Virus record (IMG/VR): IMGVR_UViG_3300035698_005082
Span: 9,367 to 73,366 of that record
Length of the DNA stretch: 64,000 nt
Reading direction: 5' to 3' (one strand)
From: a virus
Positions 9,504 to 20,128 of the stretch are shown here, in pieces (positions within the stretch are counted from its first letter, which is position 1; every line of letters begins with the position of its first letter). The notes below the pieces were generated by a model. That model was given only the letters and a program-made list of their open reading frames with translations, did no database searches and was not told where the DNA came from. A program made the translations under genes and the position numbers.

Positions 9504-10561
9504 ACCTATGGGCGCATGAAGGCGCAGGCTTTCTGTTTCCGGACTACATAGTAGGGCAGCTTGAGAAGCTTCCGATAGATGGATATGTAGTTGATTATCA
9601 AGAGCCAAGATCCTCAGACAGTGATCTATATGCAAATGATATAAACTATTCATGGTATGGTGACATAGACGATCTAGAATTCGATATAGGTAGTCCAGAT
9701 ATTGAGATGAATAGTATTGCATTCAGTATATCAAAGTTATCTTCGAGTCATCCTGTCACTAATGGTGGTGATGATACTTGGGGTAATCGCGTATTTGGAT
9801 ATCCTCTAGCTATAGCTAATATAACTGGTGAAATTCAGTTTGGGCAAACAGACACTTCTGCTGCTATAACAGTATATTATCAGTTTCAACATTCATCTTC
9901 GTTAACTGTAGAAATCATAAGCTTTGACGCTGCCACCAATACTGCTGTATACAATGTAGTCAATGGAGAAATGCGTACACCATTAGATGTATCTCTTTCT
10001 GATCTAATAGGTAAGCCAGCAGTGGTAGCATATAGGGCAAGAGAAGAAGACAGAACTCAAACTATACTAAGACAGATAGATCAACCTGCTCCAGGCTTAG
10101 CTGGTGTCCTGCAGGCTGGAGATATATCTATATTTTCAGAATACGGAGAAGCAGATTGTATTATATCAGGAGTTGTAGATCTGGGTGGTGGAAGCTTTAG
10201 GGTTACAGTAACTGCATCTGGGGAATACGAACAATGGCAGTTTGAAACTGCTACAATATTCGCACCAGATAATCAAGAAATAGCTATAGCATGCCTTGGT
10301 TCTGGAACTTTGGCAGCAGATAATAATAAGTGGACTTTGGTTAATGATACATTTACAGACTCCCCTGGAACTATTGGATTAGAAGGTTTCTCGTACATAC
10401 AAGATTCAACAATACTTACTACTTCTAGGAAAGCTGTATCTCCAATAATAAGATTGGATCTACAGCCATTAGAAGTGCAAAAATTAATGGTCATAACAAT
10501 AAAAGATCCCGCAAGAAATACATTTTCTGGCGGAGTACATTTTAGACTGTTCCAAGGATAA
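9500..10561 (+). CDS. hypothetical virion protein
   Basis: 353-aa acidic, beta-rich ORF with ATGA overlap and GAGG RBS. Confidence 0.6.
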   Translation: MNLWAHEGAGFLFPDYIVGQLEKLPIDGYVVDYQEPRSSDSDLYANDINYSWYGDIDDLEFDIGSPDIEMNSIAFSISKLSSSHPVTNGGDDTWGNRVFGYPLAIANITGEIQFGQTDTSAAITVYYQFQHSSSLTVEIISFDAATNTAVYNVVNGEMRTPLDVSLSDLIGKPAVVAYRAREEDRTQTILRQIDQPAPGLAGVLQAGDISIFSEYGEADCIISGVVDLGGGSFRVTVTASGEYEQWQFETATIFAPDNQEIAIACLGSGTLAADNNKWTLVNDTFTDSPGTIGLEGFSYIQDSTILTTSRKAVSPIIRLDLQPLEVQKLMVITIKDPARNTFSGGVHFRLFQG

Positions 10562-10563
10562 AG

Positions 10564-13500
10564 ATGAGTTCATTATATTACAGTAAATCAGATGTATGGA
10601 ATCCATATAGTTACTATAAACTAAATGAGGTTTCCCTATCTTCAACAATAGTTGATTCAAAAGGTGTAGCAAACGGAACAGTGGTAGGTACAGGCCTAAC
10701 ACAGGCCCCGGGATTAATACAAGAATCAGTTCCGTCCCACCTATTAGATGCACAAATATTTGATGGAACAAGTGTAATAAGATTCGACAATTTAATAGCA
10801 GATAAGCTTATAGGTTCAGACAGTATAACTATAGAATTCTCTATGAATATAGCGACTCTTGTAGATTCATTCATATTTCACATTCCCTTAAGTGCTACTG
10901 ATGAATTAGATTTTAACACTGTAACAGAAGTGATGTCTTTACATCTAGACCTTGCTGGTACACTTACCCTAAAGTCTTCAACATCTGCAAGTGATACAAA
11001 GACCCAAGTAAGTATCGCGACAGTTTTGCCAGCGACAACTTATTGGATAACTGCATCTGTAGATTTCTTAAATGGAAAACAATCAATATCAATTGACAAT
11101 ACGACTGAAGAAGTATCTGGACTACTGTTTGATAATGAGTACTCAAGCGTAGTTAATAAGGTCTCTCTTGATAATAATTTTGAAGATACTATCGGCGGTC
11201 ATCCAGAAGTAGGATCAGAATCTACTCTGGGATTTGATGGAACACTTGATGAATTCAGGATATATCCAAGGTACTTAGATTCAGCAGAAGTAGCTGGTCA
11301 CGCATATATAGTAATCAATACTGGAGTTGCGGATTATAAGTTTTCACATAGATTCACATCTCAACCTTTCATAGTTGAATGGCTACCATTATCATCAATA
11401 TATCTAGATCTAGATCTTTCTGTCATAGAATTCCCATCTTCATTCAGTTTTGAAATAGAGACATACACAGAAGACTATAACCTATTTAGCTTTAAGTGGG
11501 TTGATGATAGCTCAGATTCAGACAGTATATTTAGTATAAGATATAAGGACGGGATAGTACAAACAGAGGAAGATCATGATTTTAAATTGTTATTTAATCT
11601 AGATTTTTTTATTGAATATGATCATGTCTTCAGAATGCAATATCAAAATAAGCAAGATATTGAACCTAGTGTAAAGACACATAGATTTAATTTCTTAAAT
11701 AAAACCTCATTCGTTAAGGATGAGGATCATATATTCACGTCTGGATATAATAGTATAGGATATATTGATAGTGATTATCCATTTGATATAGGATATTTCC
11801 TTAGAGGAAATTCTGAAGGTACACCAGAAACATATACCCTCACTCCAAATGGTTCACAAGTTGATTTTGAATTAACAATATCAGATACTGATATAATAGA
11901 TGGTCTATATACTGCAATAGTTGATAGTGGATCGGCATACTCTACTTATTTTGCAGAGTTCACGGTATTAGAACCAGCATCAATACCTGCATCAGAGATA
12001 CTATTCAATAAGGATGGTATAACTATAGAAATAGAATGGATAACGTCTATACAGCAGAATATAATATTTACAGTATCAAATGTTGATACTGATTCATCTC
12101 TATCTCTTTCCTCTTATATGGACGGAGCAAGTAGCTATGTAATAATGTTTAATGAATGGCCTAACTGGGCATCTATAATGGGATCTGGAAATGTAGAACA
12201 CATATCCCTAGTAGAGCTAGGATCTGAGGTGTTTAAAATACTACCCTTACAAGGTGACAAGTGTTGCATATTACAGAATACGGTTACAGGGATAGACTTA
12301 TGTAGACTGCCAGAATATTCCATTGATGCCATAACCGCCCCATTAGCATTACCAGTGCCTGTGAATATTGCACCTACTGCTACCAACGACACAGTAGTTA
12401 TGGATCAAGATACTATTGTAGACATAGACGTAATATCAAATGATAACGATCTTAATGGAGATACTATATCTATAGTAAGTGTATCTTTGGCAACAGAAGG
12501 CTCAGTTATTGTAAATGGGGATGATACTATAAAGTACACTCCAGATCCGGGGTACATAGGCTCAGATAGTTTTACATATATAATAACTGATGGCAATGGA
12601 GAACAGGACTCTGGAACTGTAAATATAACAGTCCTAGAAGTGTCTAATATCGTAAACTATATAATGTCTGGAATAGAATTAAATAGCGAAGTTGACAGAA
12701 CCTTGAAGTCGGCAAATGGTGTAGATTGGGATGTAATACCAGATCCAGTAGTGGACATTGATAAATTAAATATGTTTTCAATAAGCAACGGCCTGGATGG
12801 AATATCAGGAAAAGGCCTGGTGGCATATATGGAACGAGGAACTGCTGCAGTTCAGGGTGGAATATACCCAATGACTGAGAAGATACATGTAGTATCTGAG
12901 GGAAGTACAGATTCATGGTCTGTGATATATGATCCAATACTAACTAGGACTGTACAGTATTTTCAAACAGCAACAACATGGAGAGTCTCATCTATAACTC
13001 CGCCACCAGGAACATTTAATGCTGGAGACGTCAATGGAGAGATACCAGAGGGGACAGTTATAATACTTCCCAACTATGTACCACCAATAGAAATGGGTCA
13101 AGTCGGTTTAACATTGGAGCCAGGAAAACTTATAGTATATAGTAAGACTAATGATGCATGGGAGGATCAAACAGCATCAATGCTTTCCATGTCTATTGCA
13201 GCTGGAGCATATCCATTAGGAGTAGGTGGTGAAGATGCTAGATATCACGGTGGTGGATATGGCGGTGGAATTAGTTCATATATAATGATGTTTAGAAGCA
13301 GAGCTGGTGATCTTAAGATAGTAAGCGGAGCTGGTGCTATAGCATCTAACTCATGGACAATTGGATCAGAGAGCTTGGCAGAGTTTGACACATATTCAGA
13401 TACTGAATCATCTATAGCAGTAAGCCCAACATCTATAATAATATCAGTATATTCAAAGGCTGCTGAAGACCTTATAGATAATTATAATGTTCAAACATAC

Positions 13501-15774
13501 GGTGCTGGTTCATACGGAAGTCCATATGGTGGCGATCCTGCAAGTACAAATACTGCTGGATACCAGAGTGTAGCAATATTAAAGAGATCAACTGATGGTG
13601 GTAATACATTTACAGACGTATTCAATAATAGCAATCTATTCAATGAATTAGGTAATGATGAAGCACGCCCTAAGTATATTAGGGGAACAGTTATGTATGG
13701 ACATGATGGAACTACTGGTAGATATGTAGGATTAGCAATAGATAATGGGACAGGTAGCGGAATACAGTACGCACTAGTTTCAATTGATGATGGCATAACA
13801 TGGTCTATAAATGAAATAGGATATTCAAAAGGTGCTGATAATCCACATGAATTCGGATTTGATGGAGAAAAATTCTTTGTAGTATTTAACGAAAGATCAG
13901 ATCAATACGGACAAGTATTTAAACGCATATTGTATGAATCGCAAGATGGAACAGTATGGACAAGAGGCTCTGCATCTACCGGAGTATTAGAAGCAGAGGC
14001 ATCAACACGTTCATCGTTTAATGCCGATGCAGCATCTTCAAACATGATAATAAAATCAGCAGTATATTCTACTACAGAGTTAGACAATGGGTATAGAAAT
14101 ATTATGCCAGGCGCTGAGCAGTCTGGCAATGAATATGCAGATGTAATACTATCGGGTCTTTCTTTAAATAAAGTGGTATATATTGATACAGTCACTTCCT
14201 TAGAGAAGGGATTCTATGGTCTATTCAAGCAGGCGAACGGTGATACAGAAGTATACAGTGTGTGGAGTAAGGACACTCAGGACATATATGCTATACATAG
14301 CATAGCCTATACAGATCCTGAACCATCTATATACTATTACGATGGTATAGATATAGTAGCTGGATGGATAAATGGATCTAATATGGAATTGTATAGATCT
14401 ACAGATATGTCTACATGGACACTAAGTAGTAATATCGTAGTGCCTAACTTCAAGGCTTTTGCGGAAAGTTCTGTTACTGGAACAAGCCTACATGTGATAA
14501 ATGATAGCATATATAGATCTACGGATAGTGGAGCTACATGGAACGAAGTGTATGACGCTGGAGCTAGAATACTTGGAACCAGCACTATAGCAAGATTGTT
14601 CTTCTTTAGCACTATTAGTAATGGAGACATATTCATATCAGCCGAAGAAGATGTAGCTACGAATTCTATATATGTATTATCATCTAACGACGATGGGTTA
14701 ACATGGTCTTCTAATTACATAATGGATACATCAGATACTACGACTAAATTGAATCCACTATCTATAACATTGGATTCATCTGGCTTAAACATGTCTGTTG
14801 ATAGATCTATTGGTCAGAGTAGCTATAGATCACAAGATGGAATATCATGGTTTCACAGCTCTTCTTCTGGAAGTAGCAATGGTAGATCATTTGCATCTTC
14901 TCCAAAAGAAGTGTATATTACTGGGGCTAGATCAGGACACCAATACATAGACATTGGAAGATTCATAACCTCTACTGGAGAGGCTACATGGTCAGAAGAT
15001 TTTGATGGATCACTAGTGGCTCCGTCAATAGATTCAATACATGGACTAGGCAATGCACTATTAGATTTTGGCCTGACAGTAGCCGTTGCAAAACAGTCAG
15101 GTGCATATGTAGCCATAACAAAGAATAAGATTAGCCATGATTGGGGAATATACCCTATTGCTGGTACAAATCCATTATGGTCTTTAGTTAAGCTGTCATC
15201 AGACAGATTAGCTATAAATGCAATTTTTACAGATGACACAACAGTGTATATGATGTCTTCATCAGATGGACAATCATGGAGTCAGACAGTATCAAAGCCT
15301 AAAAAACCTGGACTAGAGTATTCGTATGATTCAGGGAATGGGCAAATGTGGTCAGCAGACGCTGCTAATCTATACAGGGATGAATCTATAACAGATTTGT
15401 CTTCTGACAATGTATTATTCACCGGCCATGTTCAGTCTATAGTCATGAACAATACTTCTACATCTTCAGTAGCAATAGCCAGAGATACTATAGATACTCA
15501 TAAATGGTATGCTTACCAATCATACAATAACGGTGATCCACATAAGCTAGCGTTAATATCTGATCCATCTATATCAAGCATATATTCTTTCACTGTGGAA
15601 AGATCTGTATTTACCATAGTAATGAAAAAGGATGATAATTCATTTATGACAATATACTCAAGGAATGGAGAAGAATGGTCTTCTACACTGGAAGGAGTAA
15701 TATCAAATGATGAAACTGCTAAGATATATTCGTTCGTAAAGACAGCACTTGAGGTTACAGAAGTTATACCGTAG
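10564..15774 (+). CDS. large fibre/adhesin-like protein: LamG/ConA domain, Big_9 (cadherin-like Ig) domain and Asp-box beta-propellers
   Basis: 1736 aa. YYKLNE...FDGTLDEFRIY (LamG-like). NIAPTATND..DVISNDND..YTPDPGYIGSDSFTYIITDG (Big_9-like, ~12361-12636). About 10 SxDG/SxDxGxTW Asp-box repeats. Confidence 0.75.
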   Translation: MSSLYYSKSDVWNPYSYYKLNEVSLSSTIVDSKGVANGTVVGTGLTQAPGLIQESVPSHLLDAQIFDGTSVIRFDNLIADKLIGSDSITIEFSMNIATLVDSFIFHIPLSATDELDFNTVTEVMSLHLDLAGTLTLKSSTSASDTKTQVSIATVLPATTYWITASVDFLNGKQSISIDNTTEEVSGLLFDNEYSSVVNKVSLDNNFEDTIGGHPEVGSESTLGFDGTLDEFRIYPRYLDSAEVAGHAYIVINTGVADYKFSHRFTSQPFIVEWLPLSSIYLDLDLSVIEFPSSFSFEIETYTEDYNLFSFKWVDDSSDSDSIFSIRYKDGIVQTEEDHDFKLLFNLDFFIEYDHVFRMQYQNKQDIEPSVKTHRFNFLNKTSFVKDEDHIFTSGYNSIGYIDSDYPFDIGYFLRGNSEGTPETYTLTPNGSQVDFELTISDTDIIDGLYTAIVDSGSAYSTYFAEFTVLEPASIPASEILFNKDGITIEIEWITSIQQNIIFTVSNVDTDSSLSLSSYMDGASSYVIMFNEWPNWASIMGSGNVEHISLVELGSEVFKILPLQGDKCCILQNTVTGIDLCRLPEYSIDAITAPLALPVPVNIAPTATNDTVVMDQDTIVDIDVISNDNDLNGDTISIVSVSLATEGSVIVNGDDTIKYTPDPGYIGSDSFTYIITDGNGEQDSGTVNITVLEVSNIVNYIMSGIELNSEVDRTLKSANGVDWDVIPDPVVDIDKLNMFSISNGLDGISGKGLVAYMERGTAAVQGGIYPMTEKIHVVSEGSTDSWSVIYDPILTRTVQYFQTATTWRVSSITPPPGTFNAGDVNGEIPEGTVIILPNYVPPIEMGQVGLTLEPGKLIVYSKTNDAWEDQTASMLSMSIAAGAYPLGVGGEDARYHGGGYGGGISSYIMMFRSRAGDLKIVSGAGAIASNSWTIGSESLAEFDTYSDTESSIAVSPTSIIISVYSKAAEDLIDNYNVQTYGAGSYGSPYGGDPASTNTAGYQSVAILKRSTDGGNTFTDVFNNSNLFNELGNDEARPKYIRGTVMYGHDGTTGRYVGLAIDNGTGSGIQYALVSIDDGITWSINEIGYSKGADNPHEFGFDGEKFFVVFNERSDQYGQVFKRILYESQDGTVWTRGSASTGVLEAEASTRSSFNADAASSNMIIKSAVYSTTELDNGYRNIMPGAEQSGNEYADVILSGLSLNKVVYIDTVTSLEKGFYGLFKQANGDTEVYSVWSKDTQDIYAIHSIAYTDPEPSIYYYDGIDIVAGWINGSNMELYRSTDMSTWTLSSNIVVPNFKAFAESSVTGTSLHVINDSIYRSTDSGATWNEVYDAGARILGTSTIARLFFFSTISNGDIFISAEEDVATNSIYVLSSNDDGLTWSSNYIMDTSDTTTKLNPLSITLDSSGLNMSVDRSIGQSSYRSQDGISWFHSSSSGSSNGRSFASSPKEVYITGARSGHQYIDIGRFITSTGEATWSEDFDGSLVAPSIDSIHGLGNALLDFGLTVAVAKQSGAYVAITKNKISHDWGIYPIAGTNPLWSLVKLSSDRLAINAIFTDDTTVYMMSSSDGQSWSQTVSKPKKPGLEYSYDSGNGQMWSADAANLYRDESITDLSSDNVLFTGHVQSIVMNNTSTSSVAIARDTIDTHKWYAYQSYNNGDPHKLALISDPSISSIYSFTVERSVFTIVMKKDDNSFMTIYSRNGEEWSSTLEGVISNDETAKIYSFVKTALEVTEVIP

Positions 15775-16169
15775 TGCCAGATGTTGTAAGTCCAGACCTA
15801 TCTCTAAGTAAGCAGATAAGTATAGATTCGGGAGTTACATTGTTTGATGCTGATCATCAGATAACAGCACCAATAGCAGTGGCACCTAGCGGTGCTGAAT
15901 ATAGATACATAATAGCAACAGGAGATGTTTTCGTTAATAATGTACTCTTCTTTGACCCAATACTTCTTGGGCCTACTGCAATAACTATTGGCGATTTACC
16001 ACCCAATTTCTCCGTTATCGCAGATAAGTCTATAGGATTCCCAGCAACCGAGATACCATTGGTATGTCCAACTTCTGGAGTTTATGAGAACGTGGCAGAG
16101 GTGCAAGGGACCGGCCCTGATTCAGGTATAATAAGGGCAACTAGTACAGCACACATTGTGTGTGTATAA
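15774..16169 (+). CDS. Ig-like (DUF11-like) small protein
   Basis: 131 aa, GTG overlapping the previous TAG. DLSLSKQISID, YRYIIATGDV and YENVAEVQG resemble DUF11-type repeats. Confidence 0.5.
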   Translation: MPDVVSPDLSLSKQISIDSGVTLFDADHQITAPIAVAPSGAEYRYIIATGDVFVNNVLFFDPILLGPTAITIGDLPPNFSVIADKSIGFPATEIPLVCPTSGVYENVAEVQGTGPDSGIIRATSTAHIVCV

Positions 16170-16198
16170 TATAATAATATTTATAATCGAGACTTAAA

Positions 16199-16837
16199 AT
16201 GAATATAAACACAACAATATCTATAAGCACTGGAGTATTGGATACAGATGGTAATGAAATATCCTTAGCTGGTTCTGCCAGTGTGGATATGCTTCTAAAT
16301 CCATTTTACGCTACAGAGAACGACATATTATCAATAATAATGGATGAACCGTCTCAAGAATATAGCACTAGAATTAGAGAAATAATATTCAATAGTTCAG
16401 TTATGGCAGACGATAAGATAACAGCGTCAATGATAATTGAATCTGGTATGACTACAGTTCAGGCATTTAGAATAAAAAGACAATATGTAATATGCCTCTC
16501 AGCATATGAATTTTCAAAGGCTTTCTATAGAGACTATCTAAGATCTATAAAGAAATCAAAATTCTTGGGAGATGTAAAAGTATCCCTAGATATAGAAAAG
16601 GATCCCTCATTCATAATGCAGATATCTGCAGATGCAAAAGAATGCTTTGAGTCAATAGAGACAGCAATGGGAGTAGGTGTTGGGATGGCTTCTTTTGTTA
16701 AAGGCAGAAATAACAGCTGTGGTAAGACTAGCTCTAGAGAATGGTATCCAAATATAGGCAATGGTTCCCCAAGGGTACCGATTGCAGCTAATAAAGCAGT
16801 GGGATTTTGCAACAAGTATAAAATTGGTGTGGCATGA
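16199..16837 (+). CDS. putative head-tail adaptor (neck) protein
   Basis: 212 aa, helical, with a KSKFLGDVKVS hairpin typical of adaptors. First of three genes before the sheath. Confidence 0.5.
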   Translation: MNINTTISISTGVLDTDGNEISLAGSASVDMLLNPFYATENDILSIIMDEPSQEYSTRIREIIFNSSVMADDKITASMIIESGMTTVQAFRIKRQYVICLSAYEFSKAFYRDYLRSIKKSKFLGDVKVSLDIEKDPSFIMQISADAKECFESIETAMGVGVGMASFVKGRNNSCGKTSSREWYPNIGNGSPRVPIAANKAVGFCNKYKIGVA

Positions 16838-17370
16838 AGTACTCAGACCTAAAATTGAATCCCTATACTGACCTAGAAGAAATTTCTATAAGAGGAGAGG
16901 TAATAGATTTCATTTCTGGATCTGACTTTGGACAACAGAAATACACTCCATATATACATAGAGCATTACGTAGAAATAAATATGGTAAAGCTGAAAAATG
17001 CATCTGTTGGGATAAGATAGCTAATGAAGGACAATGTGGATGCCCATACTGTGATGGGGTAGGATATTACTGGGACGAAACAATAGTGCCTGGTGTAATA
17101 TTCCTTCTTAATAAGCGTAAGCTTGTTAGTGCTCTAGATACGGAAATAGCAGCAGGTCGTAAAGGTGATTATGAATTAGCATTCATATCACCATACTCAA
17201 TAAATATTGGACAACAAGACTACCTATTAGAGCCAAATCTTAACGATGATGGATTTTTACAGTATCCAATAAAAACTAAATCTAGATTCCTAGTAATAGA
17301 AGGAGTCGAAAGACGCATGGATTCAGCAAATAAAGAATACACACTATCAGTAATATCTAAGGTTTTATAA
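16834..17370 (+). CDS. putative head-closure/neck protein with Cys4 zinc motif
   Basis: 178 aa with CICW...CGCPYCDGVGY. Neck position by synteny. Confidence 0.5.
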   Translation: MKYSDLKLNPYTDLEEISIRGEVIDFISGSDFGQQKYTPYIHRALRRNKYGKAEKCICWDKIANEGQCGCPYCDGVGYYWDETIVPGVIFLLNKRKLVSALDTEIAAGRKGDYELAFISPYSINIGQQDYLLEPNLNDDGFLQYPIKTKSRFLVIEGVERRMDSANKEYTLSVISKVL

Positions 17371-17371
17371 C

Positions 17372-18070
17372 ATGGCTGCTCTTACAGATAACGAAATATC
17401 ACAGATAATAAGAAACTTAATAACTAGCTCTCAACAACAATCTCGCAATGTTCGTAATATTGATGAAGAATTTATGTCAGATTATATTGACATTGACAAG
17501 TTTATTGAGGTATTATATTCACTGTTGGAATCTAATGGATATTTAATTGAAGGAGACAAGCAAGAAGAGGAGAATAATACCTGTAGTAAGTTTACTTTTA
17601 CTCAGGAGTTTCCGAACTTTCTTGTCAACTCTAATACAGTCGTTTCTGTCGAGGTAGAAAAAAGAGTACCAGCGAGTCTATCTGCTAACTCTGAGCCATT
17701 TTCAGGAGTCAAAAGTTATAGACCAATGTATCTGGGACAGGAAAAAGACGAGGTAGATGGTGGGATAAACATAGACCTACAATCCATTTATGATAACGAA
17801 ATAAAACTAGTCTGCTGGTCAGACAGTCTAATAATGGCGAGGAATTTATCTTCATTATTCGAGTCTATTATGCAAAAGTATTACTGGGTTCTGCGGAAGT
17901 ATGTACCGGTACTAGTTTACACAGGAAGACAAAACACGATTGTTACTGACAAATACGGTGATTCGAGATACTTCGGTATACCTCTTCATTACTTTGTTAG
18001 GACAAACGAAAGATTCATTCTCAAAGAGAGTGAACTTAAGAACATAAATATAAGCCACACTGTTGGCTAA
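17372..18070 (+). CDS. putative tail terminator/completion protein
   Basis: 232 aa directly upstream of the sheath. YDNEIKLVCWS...ARNL...FE and LHYFVRT pattern. Confidence 0.5.
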   Translation: MAALTDNEISQIIRNLITSSQQQSRNVRNIDEEFMSDYIDIDKFIEVLYSLLESNGYLIEGDKQEEENNTCSKFTFTQEFPNFLVNSNTVVSVEVEKRVPASLSANSEPFSGVKSYRPMYLGQEKDEVDGGINIDLQSIYDNEIKLVCWSDSLIMARNLSSLFESIMQKYYWVLRKYVPVLVYTGRQNTIVTDKYGDSRYFGIPLHYFVRTNERFILKESELKNINISHTVG

Positions 18071-18086
18071 GTATAGGGGCACAAAA

Positions 18087-20069
18087 ATGCGCAAATACCA
18101 AAATTTACCAAGCATTAACGTTGAGTTACTTGATGGTAACCTGCAAATCGATCAGCCAATCTCAGGACCAGTGGTTCTGGTTGTTGGCACAGCTTTTTCT
18201 GGACCATCTAACACTCAATATCTAGTATCTGATAGTAATCTTGCATCTGCAATTTATGGATCTGAATCTCAGTTGATTCAAAAGATGTCAGAAGCTAAAA
18301 TGGGCGGTGCAAAAAACATCCTTTTATATAGAGTCGGTGGCCTAGCTGCTGAGATCTCAGGACTGTTTGGCGACAACACTTTAATATCAACCAGAGAAGA
18401 GACTTCTTCTGCAGGCTCTAAGTATGGAATGTATGTTGGTCCAAGACCAAATGATGCTGGAAATGCTGGAATGATCATATTCGAAGGAGACACTATTGTT
18501 TATTCAAATATGCCAGGCGCTGAAGTAGACCTAGGAAAATTCAACGTTGTTGGATTTGATACGGCTTTCCCTCATGTAATCGGAACTCCAACTGCTCCAG
18601 TCTTGATGAAAGACGTACTAGCAAGTGTTGTTGATGAAGCAATACAAAACGAAACAGGCGATGGAATTCTTACAACTTTCGATCTTGCCACAGCCGGAAT
18701 AACAGCAGTTACATCTGCCACAGAAGATGCGGTACCAGTTGCATACACAGTAGTTGGAACAGACATCGTATTCGATGTTGCTCCCGCCAATCTATCTGCG
18801 ATAATCATAAATGGTACAATACCTCTTGACGTAAACACTTTAACGCCAGTTCCAGTATATGTTCCTGGAGAAGACAATGTTAATGCTTCACTACAGAAGT
18901 ACTACGAACTTCTTGATGCTGCATATGAAGACCTTGAAACGACTATTGCCACACAAATTGTTACTGGTATTGCTTATCTTGATGCTCCTAACATAGCAGA
19001 CGGAAGTGTAGCAGTAGACAGACTAGATTACTTTAGAAAAGAAGAAGTGTCTGGCGAGACTGTGTATACATGGAATACCAACAAGCTAGTATATGTACTT
19101 GGTGGATCTAATGAGACCAATGATATACTACTTGCTGATCTTGACGAGAATGGTCAGCCGATAGTTAAATATGTATATTCTGAAGTGAACTTTGCACATC
19201 AAATGGGGATGTGGTTACACGCCATAACCGAGAATGATAGATTTGTTCTTGGTTCAATTGGCACAAGTAAGCCATTGTCTAGTACAACTTCTTCAGTATC
19301 TAATTGGGTTGGCTCTCTTCCACAGACCGATATTAATGGTGTAATAATTGCTAACGGTACCGGCTTGCTGGGTAATAGATACATGACAGGAGCAATTGGC
19401 CAATTAGCAGGTTTTTATGCAACAGACTCTGGATTTCCAGATGGGAATGTTGAATCTGACACTAATGGAGCACCAATAGATTTAGGTAAATACTTGTCAG
19501 TGGCAATGGGTGTAGCGGTAACGCCTAATAACCCTACAATAGGCACTGTTCTAAATCAAACGAATATGGATGCTTTATATATCGGACTCTTATCCGGAAT
19601 TGTTCCAGGCGATTCAACAACAAACGCGGTTATTCCATATGTAACATTACCTTTCACAATAAAGAAGACTAAGCTTGATGAACTAACATTTGCTGGTTAC
19701 GTCTCTTTATCAGATAGAACTCGTGGAACAACTGTCGTATCTGGAGAGCTAGCTACCGCTGAAGGCTCTGATTATGATTATGTATCTACAGCAATTATAA
19801 TTGCAAGCGTAGTTAAGAACATAAGAGAAAGATCGGAACCATTCCTAGGAAAGGGATTAAATCAAATAACCTTAGCAGCAGCAGATACTGCTGTTGAGTC
19901 TGTATTCAGAGAAGCAGTGGCTGATGGATCAATTGTAAAATATGGTTACCAAGTTATTTCAGATACAGCAGAAAGAGGTAGAGGTCAGTTAAGAGTTCCA
20001 ATAACTATCGTACCAGCATTCGAACTTAGAGAAGTTTCTGTACCAATCAAGCTTGCTTACGATATCTAA
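18087..20069 (+). CDS. contractile tail sheath protein
   Basis: ATG at 18087 with AGGGG RBS. N-terminal YQNLPSI.VEL.DG and VLVVGTA.SGP; C-terminal ITIVPAFELREVSVPI. Confidence 0.88.
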   Translation: MRKYQNLPSINVELLDGNLQIDQPISGPVVLVVGTAFSGPSNTQYLVSDSNLASAIYGSESQLIQKMSEAKMGGAKNILLYRVGGLAAEISGLFGDNTLISTREETSSAGSKYGMYVGPRPNDAGNAGMIIFEGDTIVYSNMPGAEVDLGKFNVVGFDTAFPHVIGTPTAPVLMKDVLASVVDEAIQNETGDGILTTFDLATAGITAVTSATEDAVPVAYTVVGTDIVFDVAPANLSAIIINGTIPLDVNTLTPVPVYVPGEDNVNASLQKYYELLDAAYEDLETTIATQIVTGIAYLDAPNIADGSVAVDRLDYFRKEEVSGETVYTWNTNKLVYVLGGSNETNDILLADLDENGQPIVKYVYSEVNFAHQMGMWLHAITENDRFVLGSIGTSKPLSSTTSSVSNWVGSLPQTDINGVIIANGTGLLGNRYMTGAIGQLAGFYATDSGFPDGNVESDTNGAPIDLGKYLSVAMGVAVTPNNPTIGTVLNQTNMDALYIGLLSGIVPGDSTTNAVIPYVTLPFTIKKTKLDELTFAGYVSLSDRTRGTTVVSGELATAEGSDYDYVSTAIIIASVVKNIRERSEPFLGKGLNQITLAAADTAVESVFREAVADGSIVKYGYQVISDTAERGRGQLRVPITIVPAFELREVSVPIKLAYDI

Positions 20070-20080
20070 GTAGCATTATG

Positions 20081-20100
20081 GAAAAGGAATGATCCTTTTC
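20081..20100 (+). promoter_or_regulatory. intergenic hairpin between sheath and tube genes (weak terminator or processing/stability element)
   Basis: GAAAAGGA-ATGA-TCCTTTTC perfect 8-bp stem. Confidence 0.5.
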
Positions 20101-20128
20101 TAATTAAAATTTTAGGAGAATAAAAACT

